Of a stretch of 64,000 nucleotides of DNA, positions 1 through 10,839 are shown in pieces (position 1 is the first letter of the stretch; every line of letters starts with the position of its first letter). The stretch is taken from the IMG/VR virus record IMGVR_UViG_3300020205_002287, positions 4,225 to 68,224 of that record; one strand, given 5' to 3'. The position numbers were made by a program, and so were the translations under genes. The DNA comes from a virus. A model generated the notes under the pieces. That model searched no databases and was not told where the DNA came from. It saw only the letters and a list, made by a program, of their open reading frames with translations.

Positions 1-3000
1 TTTGACCCTAAAAGGTGATTGATCATACATATTTTTTTGTACTTCTGCTTGTACAGTATCTAAAGATTCTTGATTACTCCTAAATATATTCCTAATATTT
101 ATTTTATGTTTTTCTATATTTACTTCTGGTAGGTAATAGAATATTGTTCCAATTGTTCTTTGAAATTGATCTTTGATATAATTTGCATCGATGTTTTGTG
201 ACGCTCCAGCCTCATAGTCCTGCTCTAATACAGCCGTCTTTCCAACTCTAGTTGGATTAACTCTAAGAACAAAAATTTTATCCGTCAACGCTTTTGTAGT
301 AAACAGTTTAGCTCTACCACCTGGAGTAGAAAGATCTAATAAACTAATAGTATCATTCGCAGTTACTGGATTTGTTGGAGTATCTGGATACCCAACTTTA
401 CCTTCCATAGTATTAATTTCAGATGTATTCATTCCATCAAAACGAACTTTAAAAATAGCTCCAGATAATACATCCTGCACTTCGATTGTGTCACCGTCGA
501 CAAAGTGAATTACTTTGCACAGTACCCTAAATTGTGGTTCAAGTCCAGCTTTTTCTGGGCCAAGTCCTGCCATCTTAAGAACGCGCGCGTGCACTAGGGC
601 ATTTTCGTAACTTACGTGTCTAACCAAGTCTGTAATTTGACTTTCATTCCATCCAAGACTCTTAAATAGATCATCGCTTCTGATGTATGCGTTTCCTTCC
701 GGTGTTCTGACATTAGCCCTAACTCCAAGTATTCCAGGTAGAAGAGCCTTGGAGTGATACTTCCCAACAACCATTCCCTGGTTATAAGAAAGTCCTGCGT
801 CCATTGGTTGACCGTTTTTATTTAAATATTGAACATAACAACCGTGCTGATCAAGAACTTTGTCTCTAATCCAACTCCATCCTTTCCAGGCAAGTTGCCC
901 CACTAGAGGCCCACCTATTGCTGCGCCAACTAAGCCTATCGGGGTCACTGCCCCTAGAAGAGCACCTGCTGCTAGACCACCAGCCAACATTTTAAATCCT
1001 ACACCCGCACCTTCCTTGTTAGCTGAGGCCTGGGCTATTAGCTGGTCCTTGGCATCTGGAAGACTCTGCGCAGTTTGGTTAGCCATAACATCTTTCACCA
1101 AAGCGCTTGAGCCATGAGTAAATTGTAGCCCTCCTAATAGTTGAGGGGACAGTGCTTCTCCAAGAGCATCCATAGATATATTTCCGCCAACAGATATTCC
1201 TGAGTTGCCTGATCTAATTCTGCTTAAATACATTCTAGTATCGTTTCGAATTGTTTGAACGTTCATCCAAGAATGAATCCAAGATGTCATAAACCATCTT
1301 GCTGGGTCATTCACTGTAACTAGGGCATTGGGTGTTATCGATGTTATATATCCTAATTCTGCCGTAAAGTGATGCACCACTTGTTCGACTTCAAATATGC
1401 CGTACATTCTTTCGTAAACGTCAGCCAAATAAATTAAATCGTGCGGTCTAATATCTGAATTTCCTATAACTATTAATTCTCCGCCATAAATATCTTTAAT
1501 TGATTCTTTTAAGTGAGCCAATGCAACTCTTCTTGCAGACAATTCATCAGGAGCTCCTTGGACATTTTTTGCAACTCCCCTGAATGTTTCGAGCGGGTGC
1601 ATTAGGGGATGTAGGAATCCAGTAAATCCTGAACCGGTCATATTATCAAAGTATAATCCAGTTTCAACAGTTTTTTCTACCTGTCTTTCAGCTGGAGCGC
1701 CCTTATCTAAGGCTACGGTAACAGGGTATTTACCGTCCGATATGGCTGTGACAGTTGTTGCAACGCCGTTAATATTTTCTTGGATTTCATTAGACAAGAT
1801 GTGTGAGAAAGAACTTATATAATGAAGTCTCTGGAATGGTTCACGCACTTCTATGACTGGTTCTCCATATTCTCTACTAAATGGATTATCTACAGCTCTA
1901 AGAAGTGTCCCAGGTCTTCCTAGTGAATAGTAGATAGAATCGTTAAGTGCCTTATTTAAAATGTTTGCTTGCTTTTTAAAGTTACCTGCTTCGGACAGGG
2001 CATAACCCATTTGTTGCATGGCTAATGCAAACATTGACATTATGCCGGATAAAGCATCTCCTATAGCTGTAAAGATTGGTCCTACATTTGCATTCCAAAA
2101 ATCATTAATTCCGTCAGCAGCGTCGCCAACAATATTGGTTGAACTATTACCTTCGCCTTTTGTTGCGGCTAATAATTTCAAAAATTTATCTTGTTTGCCC
2201 GGCTTAGCGTAATCGCTATATGGATCAATGAACGCTCTGAATATTTTATCCACTGGCTTAAAGCTCCATTGATCGTCTCCAGCTTTCTTTCTATCTGGCT
2301 TAAGTACCAGCCAGGCTCTTGCATATGCATCTTCCCACATTCTTTGTCTGAAGATACCAACCATTAATAAGAATAATTGTTTTGGTGTTTTAATTTTTTT
2401 AACTAACTCAGATGTAAGTGTTGGATTATCTCTATCCGCGGAGAGGCTAAAGCTCAATACGTTATTCACAGTAGCATTATCAGTGCTTAAGAAGTTTGTA
2501 TGGATTGAAAGTAATGATTTTTTGATAACTGCATTAAAATACTCTACTATTCCACCTTGATCTATCTTTGCATCAATATAATTTGCTCTAGCAAACTCAA
2601 TAGCTTCTTTAAAGTTTTGGTTGGAAGTACTATCTGCACTAGATTCACTAGAAGAATTATTGGTACTTTGTAAATTACTTATAAAATCTGAACCTAATAA
2701 AATTTTAAACTCATCTAAAGCTCCAGCTTGACCATCCCCAGTAGTATCGTTAAACCTCGGCATCGCGTCTCCACTGTATCCAGATCCAGTAAGTATATTT
2801 TTATAAAACTCTGGAAATTCATTTTCGTTATCGGGATCTAAGCTGAAAGCGTCAAAAAATATTTGTTTAACACTTTCATAATTATGATAACCAAATCTAA
2901 ATTGATCCCAGATATCTTCTGCTTGCCTTAGAGTTCTACCATCTCCGGCAATGACTGAAACTGATGCATCAAAGTTTTCATCGTAGTAAGATCTTGCTTC

Positions 3001-6000
3001 AACGCTAATTATATCTAATGGAGAATAAACTGGGGCAAATGAAACTCTTCCAGTTGCAGTATCACCCTCTCCAGTGTCAGGTAATTCGTCAGCTAGTATA
3101 TTGTAAAGATTTTCTCTTGCCAGGGGACTATACTCTGCATCAATTACGGCTTGGAAATAAGTTTTTTGATCGCCCTCTTTTACGACATTTAATGCATTAC
3201 CTCCATATTGTAAGCCTTCGACATTTGATACCATATAAGTATCCAATGGCTTATACGCATTTAATGAATCATTTATGGCGATAGCTCTTCTTTCTATCGT
3301 ATCTGCCGAACCACTTGTATCTCCTGATGCTATCCGTTGTACTGCATAATTTACATCACCTTCTTTTGGCTTAAAGGATCCAAAACCGATTGTGAGACCT
3401 TGATCTTCCTCAATTTCTTCTCCATTTTGACCCTTTAATGAGAAGGGTGACGCTGGTGCAACTGCATCCGCTATAACTCCAACAGGAACATTATCCGGGA
3501 CAAATGCCATATAGCACTCTTGCATAAGAGGATACGGTCTGAATCCAGAATTTCTCCAGTTATTCATGTCTTCAACGCCTTTTGTTGCGTTGGAGACCAC
3601 CATATCTTTTTCGTCAGAATTTCGCGTAATTATGCCTAAGTAATAGGCTGCGTCGGGTGATACTACTGCGGCTGCAAGGCCATGTTCTCTGTCTCCGTCA
3701 GACTGTATTACATCAATAGCCTCTTCATTGCCCCAAAGGAAATAAGCCGGACGACAAACTACTGCTCTTTTATTAGCTGGATTATAAACTAAAACTTTTC
3801 TAGATTTATAATCTTTTACTGTTCCATATAGATGTTCGAAATCATAATTAGATTTAAATTGACTAATAGTATCTTCATCCGCCCCAGTTCTATTTGTTTC
3901 GCTCTGAGAGACTGGGTTATATGGCCATCTCATGGCTATGTAAAATTGTTCATCCTCAGCTGTAGCAGGAGTGCCCCATTCCTTATAGGTTAATTCTCCA
4001 TAATTACCTGATTGGTATTCAAAGGAAAAGTTATCATCAACATTTTCTTGCCTTATTGTGGCTGAACCGATAGACCCCGATGCATTTGTCGAAAGACCTA
4101 TTCTTGGCAATGGGACCATTACTTTTCGTGCGTCTGGATATAATTTTGCTGCCTGTTCATTAAGTTGTCCAAAATTTAATGGATTATCAAGATTAATAAT
4201 GTCATCATTGGGAATAAGTGTTTGCTTTGTTTCTTCAAAGAAAATATATTCTAAACTTTGAAGTTTTAATAAATTATTATAATAGTCCTTATTGCCCGTG
4301 GTTATATGATCTCCATTAGATTCATCCATAAAAGTTTTAATATCATCAGCTAAGTTTATAAATGAGGAATTTATAAGTTGATCGTCAGGGAGATCTTCAT
4401 TTGCTGTAAAATAGGGAAAACTAAATCTTGGCGGAAGATTGGGCAGTTGCTTATGTTTATCTTGTTGAAGAGCTAAGGTATCTTCTGTTCCTCCCCCAGT
4501 AACGCCTACTGGTAAGTGGAATCCAATATTAACATAACCTTTAGATATTGGTAATCTAGCCAATATTTTAGTTGTGTCATATGGATCATAATATGTTGTA
4601 GACGGTTCCGAATAAAAGTTTAATATTTTTCCAGTTACCTTTGATGTAGGTGCATAAATGCCACCGGAACTTAGCATGGCTCCAGACATCTCCTGAATTG
4701 TTTGACTTGGTTCTGATGCTTGGAAAAAAGCTGCGTAGTCAGCAAGGGGATTGGAGTCTTTATTGATCTTATCTAAAATGGATACAAGATCTTGATCTGG
4801 TTGCTTAATCTGAGGAGGAATGATTCCTAATTCCTCAGCCTTTTCCTGCCCAGGAAAACCAGTCGTCACTGGAACTACGCCAGATGTGTAGAGCCAATGT
4901 GGCTTACCATAAAATACTGTAGACCTATCTTCAAATGGTCTAACTGCTACAATGTAATTGGGTAGCAGTTTTGCGCACATTTGGAATAAATCCCAAACAG
5001 TTCTCATATAAGTTTGAGCTCTAAACGAGACTTCGTCCAAACCAGGTAAATCATCATCAGAATTAGGCGATATAATTCCCATGGTTCTAAATATATTAGT
5101 GCCACCTCTGCCACGTAGCACCCCAAGCAATCCTGATCCAGCTATAGCTGCGGTAGCTGGTCCACCTAATGCAAAGGCTCCTGCAGTTATGCCGGCTCCA
5201 AATAGACCTTTAACTAATCCAGCTCTTCCATCTGAATTCACAAGTTGATTATCTTCTGTTAAAAAAGATAATGTGCCATTTGCACCAGTATCTAATAGGC
5301 CATCATTTTCCAATTCCGAATTAGAGACTAAATCATTCCAAGTTCTATCGGTCAATCTGCCAAGATAGCCCTCCATTCTTTCATTGTAGCTATCCTCTTT
5401 AGTCAAGGACGCTGCTGTAGACCATCCGTCATCTAGATCCCCACCAAGGAATTGAGCAATGCCAGTTCCATTTCCAGGATAGATATTTCTTTTAAATATT
5501 TCAAGATCTACTTGGGCGCAGAAGTTAGCGAATAATTGGCTAATTGCGGAAAATGTATTACCTCTATAATTCATACTAAAGCCTTCGGTAATTCCGACAG
5601 CTCTATTCATGAAACTATTATTTCCTCCTGCAATACTAAATGCTCCAGTTATACTGTCCCGAACGGCGTCGTTCTTTGCTTCCTCCCCCTTAGTTAATGG
5701 CTCATATAGAATATTGCCAAAGTGTCTAATGCCAAATCTATTTTCTGAGAATACTGTCCCCCTTGTTGCATGGGCTATAGCTTCTCTTGTTCTGGAGGCA
5801 CCCATGGAAAGTAACCTTACCATCAAGTCTCTAGGCTCTGATAGATACATCCCGGTATCAACTCCGCCATCAATTTTTCCACTATCGCCTTTTTTATTTA
5901 CTGAATTAATTACTGCGCCTAATTCAATTGCATCAGATTGCGCTGTAATTGTCACGATTTCACCTTGTTCGACATTGGTAATAATCCCATTAAAAAGAGT

Positions 6001-9000
6001 TTGAAGTGAGTTTGGATTTGATCCATAACCTGCCCTTAAATGGACTCTTACTCCTGGCTTCAATCGGATGTTAGCTATATCAACAACATATTCATTTCTC
6101 ATATGTCCAAGAATATTTTTTGACATATTTAAAGTTCTTTCAATAATAGAACTTAAACCATCAGTCAAAGAAAGTGGGTCGTTACTTCCATTGTTATTAT
6201 TAGGGTTAAATATTTTACTAGATTCATTCTTTGTTAATTTACTATAAAGATTAGAAACTCTAAAAATTAAAGTATCACCTAATAAATCTTCTGAGCTGAC
6301 TACAGAGAAATCAATAATAGATTGTAGTCCATAGAAATTGTCAAACAGTTTAACGCCTGCGAACATACCGCCTTCATCTATCAACCATAGCATGTATGTT
6401 GGGAATGCACGTAGCATTCGGCCTGATACGTCTCGATAAGAGGCATCTACCATCATAGTCTCCCAATGTGATTGTACATCACCGGTATAAGCATTTTGGT
6501 ATTCAGAAACTGCTTTTGCCCCAGAAACCCCTGTATTAACAGTAGTGTTTCCAGTTTCTGGAGTCTGTACATCTTTTATAAAATTAGTTGTTAATTTTGT
6601 AACCCCTGAATTAGAGGAATCATTTTCGATAGTAACCTTCTTGACATTAGTGCCGTTAGCGGTTAAATAAAATCTACCATTATCTCTACTAACATATCCA
6701 AAATGAGTACCTGCCGCTGTTTGCAAGATAGATGGAATTTTATTATTTAATATATCAGCTGGATCTGATGCAGGTACTGTAAAAATTTGTTTATGAAAAT
6801 CAACTTCATCTGGATCAAAACTTACAAATTCTTCACCGGGTAGGTTAAAGGCTCCGATCAAGGCTCCTTCAATAGACCTGGCGTTAGCTGCATCATTGGG
6901 AGATAGGTCCCCCTGCTGAAAACGAGCTGGAGTAACTGCATCAAAGAATGGATTTGTTTCACTAGTTTCTTCGGTTAATGTAATGAAATCAGTCAATAGT
7001 TGCACATTTGTAGAGCTACTATAATCTGTGTTGCCAGTAACAACATTTCTTAGTAAATGAATAAATCTAGATAATCCAATTTGATTTGCAATTATATAAT
7101 CTTTCATTTGCTGCACAACGTCTGTAGAAGCTATAGTATCTTCTACATTATTATATAATTGAATAAATTCTAATATCTTTGCAGTTATCCCTAACGTATC
7201 AAAACCTGGGCCTCCCCATCCGCTTGTAAATTCACCTGTCTCAAAATTGTAGTCTTGGATTTTTGAACGCTGTGTACTAAAGCTATTTACCACATCTCTA
7301 TCAAACATTTCAAAACTTCTGAAGTAATAATCTGGATCTAAATGCCCTACAACATCTCCCTCAGAATTTTTTAAACTTAAAGGAAAATCCGGATACGCAT
7401 TAAATGTTCCCCAGAATTGTTTAATTCTTAAAAATGGATTTTTCTTTGTACTGAATTGTTGTATTAATTCTTCTTGTTGAGTGCTACTAAGTTCTTCTCG
7501 TTTTTGCTGAAATATGTCAAAGTCTATTAGACTTAATTGTACATTGTATGCGTGAGGATAATTAGGTATTGTACTAACATTATAGCTTAGTGGTAAGACA
7601 TATTTAATTCCACACAATGCAGTAATAATATTTTTAATACCTAAGAAGCCGATTACTCCAGTAGCATGCTCTAATCTTGCTAAATTAGATATGTGATCAA
7701 AAACATTTTTTAATTTAATTAATTCTTTTTCACCAATTACAGTCATAGATATACTAATGCTGCTGTCTCTCCCGCCAATATGTTGATAGGTTGGCTCATC
7801 TTGCATTTGTACTTGCAATTTGGCGAGACTGTTACCCATGGATACTGTTACGCCGTTGACAATCACTGAGTGAGGATCTAGGTCAACTCGTATCATCGGA
7901 ACTTCCCATTCCTTGAAAGAGTAACCACTTTCCCTAATTACATTTCCATCTTCATCTATACTATAATTACCTTTGGCTCTTGCTGCTTCCATTAAAGATT
8001 GGATAGGCCCACTCATAAAAAATCTTTGGTATAAAGACACGCTAAATGCTTGAGCTAATTCATTCTTAGTACTTTTTTCAATAGAGGTCCTCATTTCATC
8101 TGTAATCTCACCACCAGCTGCTTGCGCTTTACGTATCTTTTCTTCACTTATTCCACTCTTTATTAAGTCTAGGTAAGATACTGGATTTCTTGAGATCGTA
8201 GTAAATGAATCTTTCATACCATTAAGTGATACATTATTTATAAACTTTCCTTGAAAAATATATGTGCCCTGTTCAGGATAATCCCCCGCTGAAGTATTAA
8301 AGTTACTCTTTAACCAATCTGCTTGAGTCTTAGTAATCGTTTTATTTTCAAGAATAAATGAAGTAACAAAAAACGCATATATCTGTTCAGCTTTATCGTC
8401 TGATGTAATGCCAGCTGTCAATATATCTATAGAGTCTTTTATTGTATTAGCTATTGATTTGGAATAAGAATTTGAAAGTGATATATCTTGGACTTCTTCT
8501 AAAGACACGCCGTATGATTCTGATTGATTAATGTCTATGCCAAACTTAGAAAGTAAACCTTGCCAAGTATTTTGCCCTAGATCGGTAAACATCTTTTCCT
8601 GTTTAGTTCTAAAAGAAGCTGTACTAGGTAAGTATATTTTTGTTTGAGTTTCTGCTGGGGCAAATAGAGAAATATTATTTCCATTTTTCCATTCAGAAAT
8701 TACATTGATATTTAATACATCATTTTCAAATACATTCGGCGGAACTGCAGGTGTTTCTGGATCTGTGTCAGTGTCAGTGCCAGTATCAGTTACAGGTTTT
8801 CCAGTAATAGTCGTAGGAGTTACATCCACTTCTTTGACATCAGACTGCTTTAATAGAAATTCTTCATTAACATAGTCATGAAGATGTCCTGCTGCCTTGC
8901 CCATGTAATGGCGATATTTACCCCAATGAATTGCTTGATTAAAGTCTTTAATCATTGGAAGAAATGGTTGGTGATTAAAATTTAATAATTCAATATCAAC

Positions 9001-10830
9001 AGCGAGTGCAAAAGGATAATTTGGAATAGTTGAAATACTCATACTAGAAAGAGCCACTGCTGTTATTCCATGGACGGCATTTAAATAATGATTTTTAATT
9101 GGGAGAATTGGAGAGTATTTAAATGCAGCGACTAAGCCTCTTAGTGAGGAAAGAAATTTATCTATCTTTATTTCAGTATCCCCGCCATTTTTAAAATCAA
9201 TTTTGAATGTATCGTTTAGATCTATTTTTGATAATGCGTCTACCGACAATCCCCAGATTTCTTCATAGTTTGGAAAAAACAATCTCATTCTAATACTGGT
9301 CTCTTTATATCCTGAATTAAACTTAGGACTATTCTTTTGCCTAATAGCCGCACCGGTAAGGCTTCCAGTTTTAAAATTAGAATTTACATCTATTGATACA
9401 GGGGGAACATAGAAGTTTGCTGCACCCAGCCTTAGGTGAAAATTATCTGGAGTATTTGGAGCTATATTAGCTCTAAATGGTGATGTCTCTAATACATTCT
9501 GAATACGTTGCGATGTATTAGTAAACTTGTAAGCCATCTGAAAAATTGCTCTTGCAGTTTGACTAAAGCCAACTCCAAATCGACGCTCTTCAATACCGGG
9601 AGCTACAAGTACGGAAGTAACACCAAAAGCTTTTTCTAAAGATAATACAAAGTCGTCTGCATTATTGAGAGTATCTTCTTCTCCTCCACCTCTACCATTA
9701 TCAGAATAATCACCAACAACAGCTAATGCATCAATTAAAAAGGTTGTTAGGCTTGGAAAGTAATAACTTATTCCTGCAAAAGTTAAAGGATCATGTTTTA
9801 GCCTTTGTATAACTTCTCCTAATGAGATTAACCAAGGTAGATCTACAGTAGGATCCACTACATTTTCTGCAGAAGCTTGTAACGTATCTTTAGTTCTCAA
9901 TCTTTTCTTTGCAAAATTAGAAATTTCATAGGCGTAGGATGCCAGATTGAATAATCCAATTTCTTCCATTTTATTAAATAATGTTGATACTTCGTGAGCC
10001 TGAAGGTCTCCAACTTGTGAATTAGTTCCACGAAAGATATTGAAAAAATTACTACTATTTTTAATATCCCTATTACCATAAGCTGCCCTTAATAAAGGGT
10101 CAAAAATATATTTTTCATCTGTTTGGTTTACGTTATTATAAGCTTTTGCTATGAAAGAAATAAAAGCTTGATTGTTAAATACGCTAGTTGCGTCATCACC
10201 TGAGTTAATTACTTCTAATTCCGATGAATAAACGGATTCATATCTTTCTAGTTCTGAATATTCCTCGTCAGATAAATCATTATTGCCTCCAGAAAATTGA
10301 TACCAAGTATTTAATCTTTGGAATGCATATTTTTGATATGTAAAGAACGACCTGTCTTCATAAAACATTAAATTGTTATAGTCAAAATGCTCTCTGAGTA
10401 ACTTTGCATTCTTCTCTGCAGCTCGTTGTTCTTGCGCAGTTTCTGGTGTCCAAGTTGGAAAAGCACTTAGTATAAATCCATCCAATAATGCTGCTGTAGC
10501 TTGAGCTACTGCTTCGTATTCCTTAGCTACAATTGCTACACCTGAGACTTCAGCTCCGACCACTGCCATAGATATGCAGTAATTGAAGACGGCAACCGAG
10601 TATGGATCGCTTTCCTGTAGTGCAATTATATTACCACCGGCAGCAATGCTAAAACCGTTTACATCGTCTCCGTCAATTGTTCCATATAGAAAAAATTCTC
10701 TTATCTGCTCTTTTGTTCCAGCAGTGCTGGTTTTATTATCTGGATTTAAAAAGTCATATAGCCAAAAATAAAGATTATCATTTTCTACAATACCTTTTAT
10801 ATAATCTTTAGAAGTATTATTAATAGCCAT
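1..10830 (-). CDS. Giant (>3610 aa, 3'-truncated by window edge) baseplate hub / tail-tip protein with two tube/Dit-like repeats, gp27/Tal-like hub segments, an RlpA-like segment and a thermonuclease (SNase) domain
   Basis: ATG at 10830 (MAINNTSKDY...) with GGA upstream. The frame was open in every segment I translated, and the ORF track lists no terminated ORF from this start, so it runs off the edge. Motifs: RLKPGVRVHLRAGYGSN..LFNGII, RTVWDLFQMC..VAVRPFEDRSTVFYGKP and GELIVIGNSDIRPHD..GIFEVEQVVHHF (hub-like); VIHFVDGDTIEV..VRFDGMNTSE..DQFQRTIG (SNase-like). Confidence 0.85.
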   Translation of the reverse strand, partial: MAINNTSKDYIKGIVENDNLYFWLYDFLNPDNKTSTAGTKEQIREFFLYGTIDGDDVNGFSIAAGGNIIALQESDPYSVAVFNYCISMAVVGAEVSGVAIVAKEYEAVAQATAALLDGFILSAFPTWTPETAQEQRAAEKNAKLLREHFDYNNLMFYEDRSFFTYQKYAFQRLNTWYQFSGGNNDLSDEEYSELERYESVYSSELEVINSGDDATSVFNNQAFISFIAKAYNNVNQTDEKYIFDPLLRAAYGNRDIKNSSNFFNIFRGTNSQVGDLQAHEVSTLFNKMEEIGLFNLASYAYEISNFAKKRLRTKDTLQASAENVVDPTVDLPWLISLGEVIQRLKHDPLTFAGISYYFPSLTTFLIDALAVVGDYSDNGRGGGEEDTLNNADDFVLSLEKAFGVTSVLVAPGIEERRFGVGFSQTARAIFQMAYKFTNTSQRIQNVLETSPFRANIAPNTPDNFHLRLGAANFYVPPVSIDVNSNFKTGSLTGAAIRQKNSPKFNSGYKETSIRMRLFFPNYEEIWGLSVDALSKIDLNDTFKIDFKNGGDTEIKIDKFLSSLRGLVAAFKYSPILPIKNHYLNAVHGITAVALSSMSISTIPNYPFALAVDIELLNFNHQPFLPMIKDFNQAIHWGKYRHYMGKAAGHLHDYVNEEFLLKQSDVKEVDVTPTTITGKPVTDTGTDTDTDPETPAVPPNVFENDVLNINVISEWKNGNNISLFAPAETQTKIYLPSTASFRTKQEKMFTDLGQNTWQGLLSKFGIDINQSESYGVSLEEVQDISLSNSYSKSIANTIKDSIDILTAGITSDDKAEQIYAFFVTSFILENKTITKTQADWLKSNFNTSAGDYPEQGTYIFQGKFINNVSLNGMKDSFTTISRNPVSYLDLIKSGISEEKIRKAQAAGGEITDEMRTSIEKSTKNELAQAFSVSLYQRFFMSGPIQSLMEAARAKGNYSIDEDGNVIRESGYSFKEWEVPMIRVDLDPHSVIVNGVTVSMGNSLAKLQVQMQDEPTYQHIGGRDSSISISMTVIGEKELIKLKNVFDHISNLARLEHATGVIGFLGIKNIITALCGIKYVLPLSYNVSTIPNYPHAYNVQLSLIDFDIFQQKREELSSTQQEELIQQFSTKKNPFLRIKQFWGTFNAYPDFPLSLKNSEGDVVGHLDPDYYFRSFEMFDRDVVNSFSTQRSKIQDYNFETGEFTSGWGGPGFDTLGITAKILEFIQLYNNVEDTIASTDVVQQMKDYIIANQIGLSRFIHLLRNVVTGNTDYSSSTNVQLLTDFITLTEETSETNPFFDAVTPARFQQGDLSPNDAANARSIEGALIGAFNLPGEEFVSFDPDEVDFHKQIFTVPASDPADILNNKIPSILQTAAGTHFGYVSRDNGRFYLTANGTNVKKVTIENDSSNSGVTKLTTNFIKDVQTPETGNTTVNTGVSGAKAVSEYQNAYTGDVQSHWETMMVDASYRDVSGRMLRAFPTYMLWLIDEGGMFAGVKLFDNFYGLQSIIDFSVVSSEDLLGDTLIFRVSNLYSKLTKNESSKIFNPNNNNGSNDPLSLTDGLSSIIERTLNMSKNILGHMRNEYVVDIANIRLKPGVRVHLRAGYGSNPNSLQTLFNGIITNVEQGEIVTITAQSDAIELGAVINSVNKKGDSGKIDGGVDTGMYLSEPRDLMVRLLSMGASRTREAIAHATRGTVFSENRFGIRHFGNILYEPLTKGEEAKNDAVRDSITGAFSIAGGNNSFMNRAVGITEGFSMNYRGNTFSAISQLFANFCAQVDLEIFKRNIYPGNGTGIAQFLGGDLDDGWSTAASLTKEDSYNERMEGYLGRLTDRTWNDLVSNSELENDGLLDTGANGTLSFLTEDNQLVNSDGRAGLVKGLFGAGITAGAFALGGPATAAIAGSGLLGVLRGRGGTNIFRTMGIISPNSDDDLPGLDEVSFRAQTYMRTVWDLFQMCAKLLPNYIVAVRPFEDRSTVFYGKPHWLYTSGVVPVTTGFPGQEKAEELGIIPPQIKQPDQDLVSILDKINKDSNPLADYAAFFQASEPSQTIQEMSGAMLSSGGIYAPTSKVTGKILNFYSEPSTTYYDPYDTTKILARLPISKGYVNIGFHLPVGVTGGGTEDTLALQQDKHKQLPNLPPRFSFPYFTANEDLPDDQLINSSFINLADDIKTFMDESNGDHITTGNKDYYNNLLKLQSLEYIFFEETKQTLIPNDDIINLDNPLNFGQLNEQAAKLYPDARKVMVPLPRIGLSTNASGSIGSATIRQENVDDNFSFEYQSGNYGELTYKEWGTPATAEDEQFYIAMRWPYNPVSQSETNRTGADEDTISQFKSNYDFEHLYGTVKDYKSRKVLVYNPANKRAVVCRPAYFLWGNEEAIDVIQSDGDREHGLAAAVVSPDAAYYLGIITRNSDEKDMVVSNATKGVEDMNNWRNSGFRPYPLMQECYMAFVPDNVPVGVIADAVAPASPFSLKGQNGEEIEEDQGLTIGFGSFKPKEGDVNYAVQRIASGDTSGSADTIERRAIAINDSLNAYKPLDTYMVSNVEGLQYGGNALNVVKEGDQKTYFQAVIDAEYSPLARENLYNILADELPDTGEGDTATGRVSFAPVYSPLDIISVEARSYYDENFDASVSVIAGDGRTLRQAEDIWDQFRFGYHNYESVKQIFFDAFSLDPDNENEFPEFYKNILTGSGYSGDAMPRFNDTTGDGQAGALDEFKILLGSDFISNLQSTNNSSSESSADSTSNQNFKEAIEFARANYIDAKIDQGGIVEYFNAVIKKSLLSIHTNFLSTDNATVNNVLSFSLSADRDNPTLTSELVKKIKTPKQLFLLMVGIFRQRMWEDAYARAWLVLKPDRKKAGDDQWSFKPVDKIFRAFIDPYSDYAKPGKQDKFLKLLAATKGEGNSSTNIVGDAADGINDFWNANVGPIFTAIGDALSGIMSMFALAMQQMGYALSEAGNFKKQANILNKALNDSIYYSLGRPGTLLRAVDNPFSREYGEPVIEVREPFQRLHYISSFSHILSNEIQENINGVATTVTAISDGKYPVTVALDKGAPAERQVEKTVETGLYFDNMTGSGFTGFLHPLMHPLETFRGVAKNVQGAPDELSARRVALAHLKESIKDIYGGELIVIGNSDIRPHDLIYLADVYERMYGIFEVEQVVHHFTAELGYITSITPNALVTVNDPARWFMTSWIHSWMNVQTIRNDTRMYLSRIRSGNSGISVGGNISMDALGEALSPQLLGGLQFTHGSSALVKDVMANQTAQSLPDAKDQLIAQASANKEGAGVGFKMLAGGLAAGALLGAVTPIGLVGAAIGGPLVGQLAWKGWSWIRDKVLDQHGCYVQYLNKNGQPMDAGLSYNQGMVVGKYHSKALLPGILGVRANVRTPEGNAYIRSDDLFKSLGWNESQITDLVRHVSYENALVHARVLKMAGLGPEKAGLEPQFRVLCKVIHFVDGDTIEVQDVLSGAIFKVRFDGMNTSEINTMEGKVGYPDTPTNPVTANDTISLLDLSTPGGRAKLFTTKALTDKIFVLRVNPTRVGKTAVLEQDYEAGASQNIDANYIKDQFQRTIGTIFYYLPEVNIEKHKINIRNIFRSNQESLDTVQAEVQKNMYDQSPFRVK

Positions 10831-10839
10831 GTAATTTTC

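Noticed and set aside
1-10830. Apparent 10.8-kb gene desert in the ORF track, suggesting stop-codon recoding or a non-coding region
   Set aside because: A single minus-strand frame is open under the standard code and lacks its stop only because of the window edge. Other genes end in TAA, TAG and TGA normally.
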